The position numbers were made by a program, and so were the translations under genes. A DNA stretch of 55,994 nt, counting the filler, from Sphacelaria rigidula (taxonomy: Eukaryota): assembly GCA_964200075.2 (NCBI GenBank). It is 6 parts of 6 records of this genome, joined end to end, with 100 filler letters (N's around TTAATTAATTAA, not from the genome) between each part and the next. Parts side by side here need not be neighbours in the genome. Positions count along the whole stretch, not along the records: positions 37,397 to 46,645 come from CAXNAA020008931.1; positions 46,746 to 55,994 come from CAXNAA020008932.1; 4 more parts are not named here. One strand, given 5' to 3'. Every line of letters begins with the position of its first letter. Position 1 is the stretch's first letter. Below the pieces are notes generated by a model. It did no database searches and was not told the origin of the DNA. It worked only from the letters and a program-made list of their open reading frames with translations. Positions 37,741 to 49,956 of the stretch are shown here, one piece after another.

Positions 37741-40700
37741 GATGATATTGGGCCCGAAATTTCATGATGATTTAGACGTGCGGCGTTGGCTGGTTGACGA
37801 TGAATTGTCCCTGTATAGAGCAGCATCATCGTAATCCCCGGTGTGAATATCCGCGTCCAGAGTTGTGACGGGGGATACCTAAAAAAATAAAAAAAATAAA
37901 AATAAAAACAAGGAAGAAAAGGGCGACGACGATGGCGCGGGTGGTGGTATTGAGCCAGGAGGTTCACGGTGATCCAGCGTGTGGCGTTGCGTCGTTGATT
38001 ATGGATTGTCACGGCGTGGAACAGCAATAACATCCCTGGTATAACGCTTGGTGTTGCACCCGCCCATATTGTCCTTGCCTTCGGATGCGTCGGACGCGGC
38101 TGTCAGGGGCTATTGTTTGCCGTCGGGTATGTGGCGGCGGTGTGACTTTACCGCTGAGGAGAAACCCCATGTTAAAGGTTCTACTGTGCACTCGGATGAT
38201 GATATTCGACGAATTCAATGGAAAGATTGGGTACGGTAATGTCGGCGCCGGTAATATTTCTTCTGTGCAGGAGACGTCCACGGTTACGTGCTGGTTGCGT
38301 GCGGTTGTAAGGAGACAACTCGTTCGCCGTAATGTGGGTATGAATAAGCTCAGAGTGGTAAGGAGCCGCGTTCGGGTGCTGTGATACGCATGCTTGGTGT
38401 GCTGGAAATCGACTTGGGCTTGGTGTTGAGACGAAGCATGTTCCAGAAATTTCAATGATGTGGCCGAAGCAATTTGTGGTGGCCCATGGGTGGTGTTTCC
38501 GCTAACTTTTTGTCCCACTGTCCCGGTATTCAATGGCATCTGCAGGACATCAGGACAGAGTGGAGGCATCCGTGCAGGCTTTTGGACTCGGGCTCGTCCA
38601 AAATGCCATTGCGCGGTCGTCTGCGAGAACGTACGAGGGATATTCGTTCATTAAGAATACGTTGATGGAATTGAAACGTAAGTGCGTTGTGATGAAAACA
38701 TAGCAACGAGTTTGGCGGCCGCTTCATCGTCGGTGCTGTTGGATGGGGAACATTTGTCCCTTGCGTGGGGCCCGGGTGGTCACGTGTTGTAGTTGTGTAT
38801 CTGTGCCTCCTTTTCCTTTTGACGAGATCACACGGGATGTGCACCCATCCTGTTTCGTTCCCATCACCCAGTAAACCTGTGCGTAGAAGTGATTTGGCAT
38901 TCTATGGGGGAAAGACGCAGTTGCGTCGACGTGTTTGGAACAACGGGGGAATTCTGATATGGGTTTGGGGTTAGAAGCTTTCGCCGATCAGCGTAAAAGT
39001 GGGATCAGTAGCCTGGTCAGGGCAAGGATTAGAGGGACGAGTAGAGACCTCATTGGGGGAAGGCGGCTCATGACGCCCAGTTACATGATGGATGCTACAT
39101 AAAAAATAATAGCACTGAAAGGGATACGGTAACATACGGTAAATGAATGGATAAGTGAAGTGTAGTACAGACATGTGTCAACGAAGAGGATTGGATGCCG
39201 GAATCGGAGCCGAGACTAAGTTGCGGCCACATGTGCACGGAAGTGTGTTGCCCCTACGGAATGGATTGCATTGGTGTGTCGGGGGAGAGCGTAGGGGAGA
39301 CATGTTGTATCCGCGCATTTGCTTAGGTTCTTGTGGAGGCTGGTGCCACTGCGCTCAGCGCAATCTCCAGATGGGAGCCAGCGGTCGGATACGTGAGGAG
39401 TCACACTGTTTTTGAACGGGTGATTCATGAGGTTTTCCCTACCCACCCCCCACAAGCTGGGTTGGGGGCGGGAGTGCATAATGTGACGAAATTCGAAAGC
39501 AACTGCACAAAAGGCTCGATTCTGTGTTATAGAAGAATCGATGTTTTGTGCAGAAGCGGGAAGAATTTTCCCAGATGTTTATAGTGGTTGCAGTATCTAG
39601 AAGCCATTTCAGGACACATTGACATGCAAAATTGCCTGTGTGATGAACCAAGTGAGCCAGTTCAGTGTGGGAGAAGCAGTAAGGTACAAGGGCAAGTGCA
39701 TCCACGATGAAGTGACATTGATGGTGTCTGGGTTGAAGTCGAGGTTTATGAGACCTGGGAGACGGGTGTGGTGCGACCATCAGTTGGTGACAGCATCGCG
39801 AATCGATATTGTCTGAGATTTTTTCACGCCCACCCCTCCCATTGGCGTTTTATCGCAAACCGGATCATTGCTACCTTTCTTTGCTCTACCGCTTCGGCCG
39901 CTCAGAGGTCGTCACCGTAGCAACATGTACCGAAGTCGCAACATCTGTCACAGCTCTAGAGTTTGATATTCATGAAGTTCATCCGCAAAATCAAAACGGT
40001 TCTCAAAACCTGAGGGAGGACGGCTTTCCTGTCCCTCAGCCAGGCATCAATGAACGAGGGAAGACTTTTACAGGCGAATACAACACACATGGGGCCCCGG
40101 AGAAGTATCTTTCCATCAAAATCTGTGTTTCCCAAGCTGCAAAGTGTTCCACGCCCGTTGTTTTCTAATACGAACGGTAACTTGTCGATTTCTGTTCCGT
40201 TGTTCGAGCCCTGCCTGATGCTGATCCCGGAAAAGTTTCGTATCGCTGTTCGATGGTTTCTTCGGATGTTTAACACTTAGACGACGAGCGTCACCTCGGA
40301 ACAGTCGTACAGGCGCACAGTCTCGAGACATCCGGGGGTTTCCAGTGCTCGGGGGGGGGAGGGGGGGGGGTGTCCATACGCAGAGCACCACCGAAGCCCA
40401 CGGAGTCAATCATGCGCGTTTGGAAGTTTCCCGCGGAAAATTATGGGCCTTGCAAGGGGCTCGGGAGGCGCGGTATGACCATTCTGACCAATCACTGTCG
40501 TCAAAATGAGCACTTTTGTTACGTTTCTGTAAGACTGCTGTAAGACTGGTTTCGTCGTCAAGCATGGAAGCTCATTATGGTCACCTTAAATCAACCATAA
40601 ATTACATAAACCAAGAAGCATGTGTTGCTGGGTGTCTGTATCTTCAGTGATGCCTGAGCTTGGTACTACCTGCATACCTCATCTGGTATACAACGTAATG

Positions 40701-41624
40701 GCGCTACACGCAAGCCCCCACCACGAGTATCCGCCCAGTGCGCATTACGATTGACGCCCACGTCTACGGAGATGTGACTGCTATTGCGGACCAGATATTG
40801 GAGGTTTGCATACACTTCGCACACCATCCTCGAGAGTTCGCTTACGAGGCTGCAGCGACTGTCGGCACCAGGCGGCGCTACACAATGGGCCGATCCCAGG
40901 GCTGGACGCTAGTGTAAAGGGTGACGCGCTCGTAGAGGCGGCCGCAGCTCATGTTGATCTATGCTGGGAGACGTGGTGGCCAAATAGGGTTCGACGTCTG
41001 CGAAGAAATACCGCGACCAGGTGAGGACAAGCCTCTGGTGTATCTGTGCATAGTGAGGTCGTGTGTGACCTGCTTATCGAGGTGTCGTCGCCATCAAACT
41101 AACTCACGCTTAGAGGTTAGACCCGTTTTGGCACATGGTGCAGTAAGTAATGTGTAGCACTCTACAGTTGCGTGAAGGCGGTCTTACTTGGAGGTGCCGC
41201 ACTTGCTTTGTACAAGGGGGCGCCATCGCGTCAAACCGACCGCGTGTACAGCAGATTCTTACTCGCGTCTGGATATACTGTAGTATATACAAAGAAATAT
41301 ATACAGTAGGGTGTAGGGTGATATGTTTTTCATACGATCTGTAAAGATACTGTACTGTCTGCACAGTGTACATATACTGTACTGTACAGTACAGAGGCCG
41401 CTACCGCTCGAAGCCTCGCAGGTAGGGAGGTGCGCCATGCGGCCTATTTCACAGGTGCTCGCGAGTGTGCGATGTGCGAGGTCGACGACCTGCTGCTATT
41501 TAAAAAGAGCACTCAACACACTACACACACGCGCGGTGCCTATAGTCACGCTCTAATTACGAGCGGCTATGGGTGCTCCAGTTTTGATGTGTGTGGTGAG
41601 ACTACAGACTGCGCAGGTACCCTA

Positions 41625-42035
41625 GGTTATTGGTAAATACCAGTACCCGGTACCGGTATTTGGAACATCGCACACCGTACCGATACGGGTCCAATCGTAT
41701 ATTTACAAATATCATGTCTATGACACCCACGATACCACGGTATTTTGAGGTTTCCATACCTTCCATACTCGCCCAACCGGGTATTTTCTAAAATCGTACC
41801 AACGATACCTACGATATCACCGTATTTCTACATTTCATCACCCACTGTACCCGCTCAATCGGGTATTTTCAAATGCCGTACCTATGATACCTATGATACT
41901 ACGGTATTGCGATATTTCGAAACCTACCGTACCCGCTCAATCGGATATTTTGAGAACTAATGCCTACGATACCCATGCGAACCACGGTCATGGGATACCG
42001 CGGGAAATACCGAGGATGTACACCGTGAATACCAG
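41625..42035 (+). repeat. Repeat family R2 with internal ~60-bp tandem units
   Basis: Units such as CCGTACCCGCTCAATCGG.TATTTT...TAC.ATACC.ACGATACCACGGTATT; homologous to 42888-43030 and to the reverse complement of 47327-47730. Confidence 0.8.
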
Positions 42036-42887
42036 ACGCGATGCGATCCCCACGGTGCAGCAGCTGGTCCCAACTTATGCAAGGGCCAAAAGTTGTAAGA
42101 GCAGGTTTTCACTTGTTTTCACAAGTAATATATACCCTGATTCCTCCTGATTTTTGTGTTTGCATTAATTCGAATGAACTTGTTATGGTATAGTCTGATT
42201 ATCTGGGTAATAAATGGATATGGATATTTTATCATTGTTACGGCGCTGTACATTGTTTCATCATCCATGTCGAACACGAGCATTATACAAGATAACACTT
42301 CACGTGCAAACAAGCAGAGAGAAAAAAACGAGAAGGAGAAGCAACAAAAAACGCGAGGGGTCGCAGAAGCCATACAAAATAGACAACAAGGTGCCAAAAA
42401 ACCGAATGAGTAACGGCACATACATACATTATATATATTATCCTGTTATTACTGTGCCATTGCCGGGTGCTCTACATGAAAAAGTACAACCATATGGAGA
42501 GGTGAAGCCTGGTCCTCAGTGCCACAATGTACAGCGCTCCCCCCTCGAAATGAAAATCTGCCCATTAAACTTTAAATTTACCCGTACTACTGCTCTATCC
42601 TCAGAGTGCTCTCGTCTCTGCACCCACGTCAATAACCACGAAAACTACCACGCAGTACTCATGATCGAGCATGGATTGGGTGTCTCGCCTTGTCAGCTGA
42701 TTGCAACAATCCAGCTGGTGGTCATGATGGGATTCTGTGTGCTTTGAGGTCCGCAGGTCAGCGTTGTGCGTTGTATGCGTATGGGGGTGGCGCTGCCCAC
42801 CTCGGGCACATCAGTAATTTGACTTCCGAACTTGCACAGGGATCTCAAACGCTTCTCCGCACTGCGGATGACAGTCTTGAAATCGGC

Positions 42888-43030
42888 ATAGGGGGTAAGC
42901 CAGGTACCCCGTACTGGTATTTCGGACATCTCATACCCTACCGATACCGACCCAATCGGGTATTTTCAGGGGTCATACCTACGATACCCACGATACCCCG
43001 GTAGTTCAGCATATCAGTACTTACCGTACC
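42888..43030 (+). repeat. Repeat family R2, truncated copy
   Basis: GGGTAAGCCAGGTACCCCGTACTGGTATTTCGGACAT matches the reverse complement of ~47688-47728. Confidence 0.75.
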
Positions 43031-43140
43031 TGTTCCTCTCGTACCTGTTCCTTCTGCAGTCAGTGAACACCGCTTAGCGACTTGTGTGCACCTTTTCTGT
43101 TGCCACGGAATAGGCGTTCGTCTCAACTGGGGTACGAGTC

Positions 43141-43231
43141 TGTGACGGTTTAAGAGACAACCAACTAGACTACTGACCAGTCAGCGCTGACTTGGTCAGT
43201 AGTCTAGTTGGTTGTTTCTTAAACCGTCACA
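43141..43231. repeat. 91-bp near-perfect palindrome with TGT...ACA ends
   Basis: TGTGACGGTTTAAGAGACAACCAACTAGACTACTGACCAGTCAGC|GCTGACTTGGTCAGTAGTCTAGTTGGTTGTTTCTTAAACCGTCACA has one bulge, one G-T pair and no spacer. Confidence 0.95.
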
Positions 43232-43336
43232 AAAGTTAGTCGTGGGGGTTTGATCCCCGTCACTTTCACTCCGAGGAGTTATGTATGGAGAGGTACAGAG
43301 GCGCCAATCGGGTTTGGTTCAGCGATTCCTTCCCGT

Positions 43337-44015
43337 TGCGGGTCGGCGCCAAAGCAAGCAAAGGGGGGTGGTGTGTACTAGCAGTGAAACATCATATTCC
43401 GACGTCAGCACCCTCCCATAGATGACAAATCTTCATATATCTTCATGTCGCTCGAAAACATGCGGTGGAAAAAACAATTGCCATCGCATTTCTCCACCAC
43501 ATTCTGCTCCTAGTTGGCATCAACGATTGTTTTATCATTACGGCGTGCCTTCGCATATCATTTTTATATGGGAAGCGTACGGTGGAAAAGGAAGACTCCG
43601 ATTTGATAGGCCGTAATTTCAGCTATTTTATATTCAATTATCGTTTCCCCACATTAGTCCGATTTCTCGAACCCGTGGTCACAGACGTAGGCTCGTCCTT
43701 CCAATACCGTCCCTTCTATTCAGCTATCGTAATTCCTGTAGAAACCGGTTCATATTACGACCTATTTCATCGGAGGTTCTGATCGCCACCGCACGTTTTC
43801 GATCGAAAAATGATATACGAAGACACGGCCTTAGTGGCGAGCGGAGAAGAAATGAAAAATAATCAACCTCGCCTTTTCCTAACAGACATACGGGCGGAAG
43901 CACCGAGAGGCGCTCGGCCCCTCACACACAGACCACCACACCACATACCATCCGTTCAAATGATCATGCAAACTAGTACACACCATTCCTCGTTTGCTAC
44001 GGTCGCAACCCTGCA
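43337..44015. mobile_element. Possible non-autonomous TIR element
   Basis: AGCAAAGGGGGGTGGTGTGTACTAG (ending 43381) is inverted relative to CTAGTACACACCATTCCTCGTTTGCT (starting 43973); outer limits uncertain. Confidence 0.5.
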
Positions 44016-44240
44016 GTATAAAGCAGGAGTTGAGCACAAGCATGGATGCACTGCAGTATGTCGGCGAAAACTTACACACGTCGGACGAGTCATTTCTCGT
44101 CGCAACGAGTACACTCGTTAATGTTTCTCGACACCACCACGAGCACGACTCGTGTGCTCGAGTTATTCATTTGTCTTCACCAAGATCGATGACTCGTATG
44201 CTGGAGCCATGATTCTTCCCACCACGAACAATGATTCGAG

Positions 44241-44604
44241 TGTTAGAACAACATATTTGTTAGTGGTCTCTTATTTCGATAGTCGCTCATATCGGGTAAA
44301 TAGCAGTACAACTTCCGCATCCTCAGAGGATTGCAACTGTTCTAAGATTGTTAGCGGAGCTTCCGTCTCTGTCGGGTTACTGTAAAGTTCTAGGATTCTC
44401 ATTACTTTGTTCTAGAGTTCTGTCGGGTCAATGTAAAGTCGTAGGATTCTCATAAGTAAGAATATTCTCATAAGTAAAACCTTAGGCGTAGCGCATTGAC
44501 TCGAGGGTACTTGTGGGTTGCTCCCACACCCTCTCACTCTCTTTTTCTTCTTCACTCTCTTCACTGAGATATCACGCCACATCAAGAACTACCTCATTCT
44601 TTCA
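44241..44604 (+). mobile_element. 5' LTR of a Ty1/copia retrotransposon (~364 bp)
   Basis: TGTTAGAA...TTCTTTCA ends, immediately followed by the PBS; internal duplication CTGTCGGGT.A.TGTAAAGT..TAGGATTCTCAT. The left boundary is inferred because no 3' LTR is in the window. Confidence 0.7.
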
Positions 44605-44615
44605 GGTTATGAGCC
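44605..44615 (+). promoter_or_regulatory. Primer-binding site, internal (half-molecule) tRNA-iMet type
   Basis: GGTTATGAGCC directly after the LTR-terminal CA; resembles the copia-type GGTTATGGGCCC site complementary to the anticodon arm of initiator tRNA. Confidence 0.8.
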
Positions 44616-44793
44616 TCGATCGTGATCAGCACGCCGCATCGACGTTCTTCTAGGTCCGTCACTTCAAGCCGCATCCTCCGAGGGAGCACCTCCGAGGATC
44701 ACCGCAATTCTCCGGAGATTTTCGTCTAGAATAATTTCGACGAGATATCATCCCCATCTTCGACTACTTCTAGTTCAACCGCCAGTGCCTATC

Positions 44794-46645
44794 ATGGGAG
44801 AGTCCACTTCGGCGGGTAGTCAACTCATCAGGAGTATCAGCAAGTTTGATGGTAACCACTTCGTGCCGTGGCGGAGGACACTCCGCGCAACGGCTGACCT
44901 CCTTCATCCCGAAATTTCTCGGATTCTGGACGGCGAGTCTCGATCCTCCGTCACCTACGAGCGCAGGACTCTGCAGAGGACTGCGACCACCCCAGCCATC
45001 TCAACCCGCAGGACGAGAGGCTCAGGGGGCGACACCGGCACCAGCGCTGACTCCGGGAGGATGGGAGGAACCGAGGCCAGCGGAGCTGAGGGTGGCCTCT
45101 CCAGCGGGCGCTCCGCGGAAATTGCCGCGTCAACAGTTCCTACCGACGATCTGTTCACCGATACGACGATCAGCAACCAAACAGATCTGAACGCTTGGGG
45201 TGGCTACAACAGGCAGCTCTTTAGCGTCCTCCTGCTGTCCACCAAGGGAGCGGCCAACAGCTTCGTCAGTAGCTATGCCGCGCGCGAGGGCCAAAAGCCG
45301 AACGGCCAAGCTGCGTGGATTGCTCTAAACAAGAAATACCTCAATTCTTCATCACAAAGACGGCGCATTTTGATGCGGGTTCTCCAGCAACATCTCATTG
45401 CGCCCAATCAAGACCCGGACGAGTACATCCTGGCCATGCATCAAAAGCGGGACGAGCTCGAACAGATCAACGAGCCCGTATTGGACGCCCGCATGCAGGA
45501 CCTCATTCTCGAGGGCCTGACTGGTGAATATGAGACACTTCGCTTCGCGGCGGAGAGGGACCCCAAGATGACGCTCGAAGAGATCGAGACCACTGCTCGG
45601 AACATGTTCGCCAATCGTGTGGCGCGCGGCGAATTGTCGGCGCCATCGCGCACAAAAGGGCGCGAGTTCGCTATGACTGCGACTCCATCGTTTCGGGGCA
45701 CGTGTTATTACTGCAACAAGCCTGGACACAACAAATCGCCCTGTTTCATCCTGCAACGCGATCGCGACGCTGGCTCGTCATCCAGATCTGGCCGGAGAAG
45801 AAACTGGTGGTGCAGCTACCACAAAACGCATCTCCACGACAACGCCGACTGCATGAAGCAGCAACGGCAAAGGAACGGCGGCTCCAACGGGACCGACGGA
45901 GCCGGTCGCAACGGTGGCGGCAGCAACGGCGGCGGAGGCCGGAACCGCAGCAACAACAACGGACGCCGGAGTGGGGGAGGATCGACCTTAGGACAGGCCA
46001 ACACGGCTGTCACCGTGGACTCTACGACTACAGCAACAGCTCCACCCCCGGCTCCACCGCCAGCGGCAGCGGCTACGCCCGCGCCGTCAGCAACGACTAC
46101 ACCATATAACAACCTATCTACCGCCCCCCCGTCCGGCATTGGCCACTCTTTCCTGGCAGCCGGCTATCCTACTCCAGACCCAGTCCAGTTTACCATGACG
46201 TCGGACTGCGGAGCTTCGTCACACTTCGTTGATAGCCACCTTATCAAGGACATCGAATCGCGCATATCCGACTTCGTCCGGCTCGACCCGCCGGTGACGA
46301 TCGTCATCGCCGGCAACAACACTCTCGCCGGAGTCAGCATGGCTACTCTCACCGTGAGCGCCATCGACGACCGCGGCACGGCCCACGACATCTACCTGCC
46401 GGCCATAAACGTGCCGGGGCTAGGGCGTCACCTGTTTTCGGGAGGTACGGCAGCACGCAAGGGGGTTAACACGGTTGTCGCCAAGCAGTCGTACGTGGAC
46501 GTTGGACCGTTAAAGATTCCACTTCGAAAGAACATCGACTGCCCCACTATCGATTATGTCGATCTCAAGATAGCCCCTACCATCAAGACCCATGCGGAGG
46601 CAGCCTTTCCAACTAAAGTCATCTCTGGACATACTCTTCCGATCG
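44794..46645 (+). CDS. Ty1/copia gag-pol polyprotein, N-terminal part (Gag, zinc knuckles, aspartic protease), cut by the segment end
   Basis: Uninterrupted ORF of over 600 codons with KFDGNHFVPW, GQAAWIALNKKY, QDPDEYI, knuckle CYYCNKPGHNKSPC, WCSYHKTHLHDNADC, protease MTSDCGASSHF and VPGLGRHLFS. Confidence 0.92.
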
Positions 46646-46745
46646 NNNNNNNNNNNNNNNNNNNNNNNNNNNNNNNNNNNNNNNNNNNNTTAATTAATTA
46701 ANNNNNNNNNNNNNNNNNNNNNNNNNNNNNNNNNNNNNNNNNNNN
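46646..46745. other. Artificial 100-bp contig linker
   Basis: Same N/TTAATTAATTAA/N pattern. Confidence 0.97.
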
Positions 46746-47326
46746 TCCCGCTCCTCCCTACATCTGTTTGCTTGTTGTTGTTGTCGGGTGGGGGGGGGGG
46801 GGGGGGGGGGGGGGTAACTAGGGTCAAAAGTGCGGTAGTACGGGCGAGACGAAGTGTGTACAGCTCGTGTGGATGAAATCGCGATTTGACTCATATTCCA
46901 CATTTGTACGAGTCAATCATACGATTCGTTAACAAGCTGTGATTCGTACATGTCTTGGTTTCGTGATCCGTGTGACACTACCTGGAGTGTACACATTCCC
47001 AGTTCGTGATTCGTGCGGTGCGCAGTCGAAGGAACACATCCAACCTTTTTTTCATATGGTATGGCTCATGAGAACATGTTTCCCAATGTCAACTCATGGA
47101 GCATGAATCATAGGCACAAGTTCCCCACCTTCCATTCATACGCGATGAATAACAGGTACATGTTTATACCCTTCCATTCATGCGGCATGAATCTTCGGTA
47201 CGTTGGGAGGGATGTGAAGAAGAAGCGGGCAACGTACAGCACAGACAGTACAGGACTATCTTCACTCTCTGCACACAACGCAACGTGAAACACATTTCAA
47301 CAACGTGCAGTTTTACACGGGAACCG

Positions 47327-47730
47327 TAGGTAAGGCATCGTACCGAACGTACCCCCGGTAGTTACCGAGGTATCTTACACCGTGGTATGCGTGGGTATCG
47401 TGAGTATGAGTTTTGGAAATACCTGATTGAGCGGGTACGGTAGGTGGTGAAATCTCAAAATACCGTGGTACCGTAGGGATCGTAGGTATAAGTTTTGAAA
47501 TACCTGATTGCGCGGGTACGGTAGGTACTGGTACCTCGAAATACCGTGGTATCGTAGGGATCGTAGTAATGACATTTGAAAATACCTTCTTGATCCGGGT
47601 ACGGTAGGTATCGGTACCTCGAAATACCGTGGTATCGTAGGTATGGCATTTGAAAATGCTCGAATGGACCGGTTTCAGTAGGGAATGACATGTCCCAAAT
47701 ACCAGTACCGGGTAACTGCCTTACCCTCTA
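47327..47730 (-). mobile_element. Repeat family R2, apparently complete MITE-like copy with ~60-bp internal tandem units
   Basis: Short TIR GGTAAGGCA / TGCCTTACC with TA near both ends; four to five internal units of AATACCGTGGTATCGTAGG / CGGGTACGGTAGGT. Confidence 0.7.
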
Positions 47731-48731
47731 TACCGACATCAAAAATGTCATACGGCAGTGCGGATAAGCGTTTCAGGGCGTGACTTTGGCTACTTTTCAA
47801 GTATCGAAGAATAAAAGTTGTTGAAGAGTGCATTTTTGGCCCTCCTTCGTCGTTATTCACCCCAAAAGAGGGCGAGGCTGATGTTCACATCTTGGAATGG
47901 CTTACTCTACTCTCTGAGGCCGTTCCAGAGCACCTTTACGTTTTCCGTATAGGTCACGGTTTCGTTTTTGGCAAAACTTGCATTTTCAATGAAAAACGGT
48001 TAAGTTACCAAAAAAATCAGTTTACCCCCTGTTTTTGTGGTTTGTGTTTTTTTCTTGCTCTGGTCTCAGTCACATTTTAGAAAACAACGTAGGAGTATAC
48101 CATATATGAAGAATACAAAAAGGGGACATTTTGCTGACCAGGCTCGCAACAAAATAGGAACCCGAAATACGACCATGGAAGTTTGGAGTACCGAAGTCTG
48201 AAGCCTGTCCGCCTGTCTGGTGACGAGTCACGCCAGATACATGGAGCACTTTCGGGCAGCTGGCTGCAGGCGCATGAAAACAAATCGCAACTTTGAGCGC
48301 GTTTTATGCGCGTTTCAAGCATAATGATAAGCTTTGTCATAAAAAGTGAAGGATCGAAGCGGAGCGGGATTTGCGGTGTGTGTATCGGTACGACTCGTTA
48401 CATAGTGCAACGGATCAAGCTGACGGATTACAGTGCAGCAGGAATCGGATTCAGCGTGGTCGGGAAAATGAGTGGTACCATACAAGACAACAAATAAGAA
48501 AGGCAGGTGCACGGGGACGTGGTGAAACAACAGAACAGTACAGCCTTTATTGAGCAATATCGTCAAGCAACGCAGCAGGCGATTTCGTTTCCCGTCCCTC
48601 GCAGAGGAAAATTTAATAAAATCATTCCAGATTCACAAGAGGAGCAAAGGTCTATTTAACCCTGACAGGCGGCGAGAGGTGGATCATCTGTTGGATGGGC
48701 ATCAATCTCACTCGAAAAAAAGTACACATAA

Positions 48732-49031
48732 AACAATGTTTTCGTGAGATTGAGACTAGTGCGCGGATTGAGAGTGACTTGGATCATTCGCTTCAACTCA
48801 GCCAATATTTCATTCCGTGTGTGATTTTTTTGTATATTGTCACTGCCGTGTGCTTACAGCTACACGTCGGTATCCTACTCGGGGATATCAAGGGCCTCAG
48901 TGGCAAGCTACTACAGAAAGAATATCGGGCCTCGCGGAGGTGCATTTCGGAACTGAAACGATTCATTCACTCATTGACCGTTTTTCACTCTCAATCATAT
49001 CCTCTACTTTCAATTTCACGAAAACATCGGT
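48732..49031. mobile_element. MITE, 300 bp, same family as 11361-11664, flanked by ATAA
   Basis: ATAA|AACAATGTTTTCGTGAGATTGAG...TTCAATTTCACGAAAACATCGGT|ATAA; interior colinear with the first copy. Confidence 0.88.
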
Positions 49032-49059
49032 ATAATCGAGATGGCCTACCCTGGTTCAA

Positions 49060-49582
49060 GCCGGTCGCCCCGGTGGCTCAGTTGGTAACCTCGAAACCTT
49101 CTGAAGGTTGGGTCGTGGGTTCAAATCTCGGAGCGATCTGGAATTTCCTCTCACACCATGCCCAACAGTGGAGAATGACTATGTCGCGGGTACACAAAAT
49201 TCAACTCAACGGTCGACGAGGGACAGGGACTGTTCAACCATTCTCCCGATACAAAAACAAATTGGGTCGTGAGTTCAAATCTCGGAGCGATCTGGAATTT
49301 CTTCTCACATCATACCCAACAGTGGGGAACGACTATGTCGCAGATACACAAAATTCGACTCAACGGTCGACGAGGGAAAGGGACTGTTCAACCATTCTCG
49401 CGGTACAAAATAAAAGGCAAGCACCGCAGAAGGAAGGTCGAGCGCTAAAAACAAACAAAAAAGAAAAAAACCCTGTGTCGACCTTCCTCCTGTGTGACCT
49501 CGGTGGATGTGCCCACATATACCGAAAGGTGTAGACCGGTGTCCAGAATAGATGGGATGGCAAAATACATAATACACAACAC
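49060..49582 (+). mobile_element. tRNA-derived SINE, full length, with an internal ~154-bp tandem duplication
   Basis: A box TGGCTCAGTTGG and B box GGTTCAAATCTC; the B-box segment is repeated from 49262; CA-rich tail; degenerate target duplication CTACCCTGGTTCAA / CTACCCTCGTGGTCCAA. Confidence 0.88.
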
Positions 49583-49956
49583 TACCCTCGTGGTCCAAGG
49601 GCAAAAACCCCTTTTGGAACTCACAGTGGAAAAATGATCATTTGCAGTTGACGATTTTTGAACAAGATGTGGTTGATGGTTCACAGCTCAGACGTAACAA
49701 AACTCGCCCAATGCTTATTTTTCGGACCCGTGCAACTGACGAGTTGAGCAGAACAAGGTTTCTCATTTGCACGGCAAAAAGTACATCCACCTATATAGGT
49801 GAATCCTTAGTTCCACCGTCACTTTTCATCATGACCGATCCCGAGTTGATTTTTTCAATTCGGGAGTCTGTGAATCACACTTATGAGAACCCAACACACC
49901 TTATAGTTCTGTCCAAGAACCTATATTTGGTTCTACTCATGGGAACGTTCTAGCAC

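Noticed and set aside
9250-46745. Regularly spaced TTAATTAATTAA as a biological repeat or CRISPR-like array
   Set aside because: It sits inside N runs with an exact 9349-bp period and is a synthetic linker.
49060-49140. Functional tRNA gene
   Set aside because: A and B boxes are present but there is no closing acceptor stem or normal anticodon arm, and it is attached to a repeated body; it is a SINE head.
48695-49534. 279-aa ORF as a gene
   Set aside because: It is a chance open frame across a MITE and a SINE.
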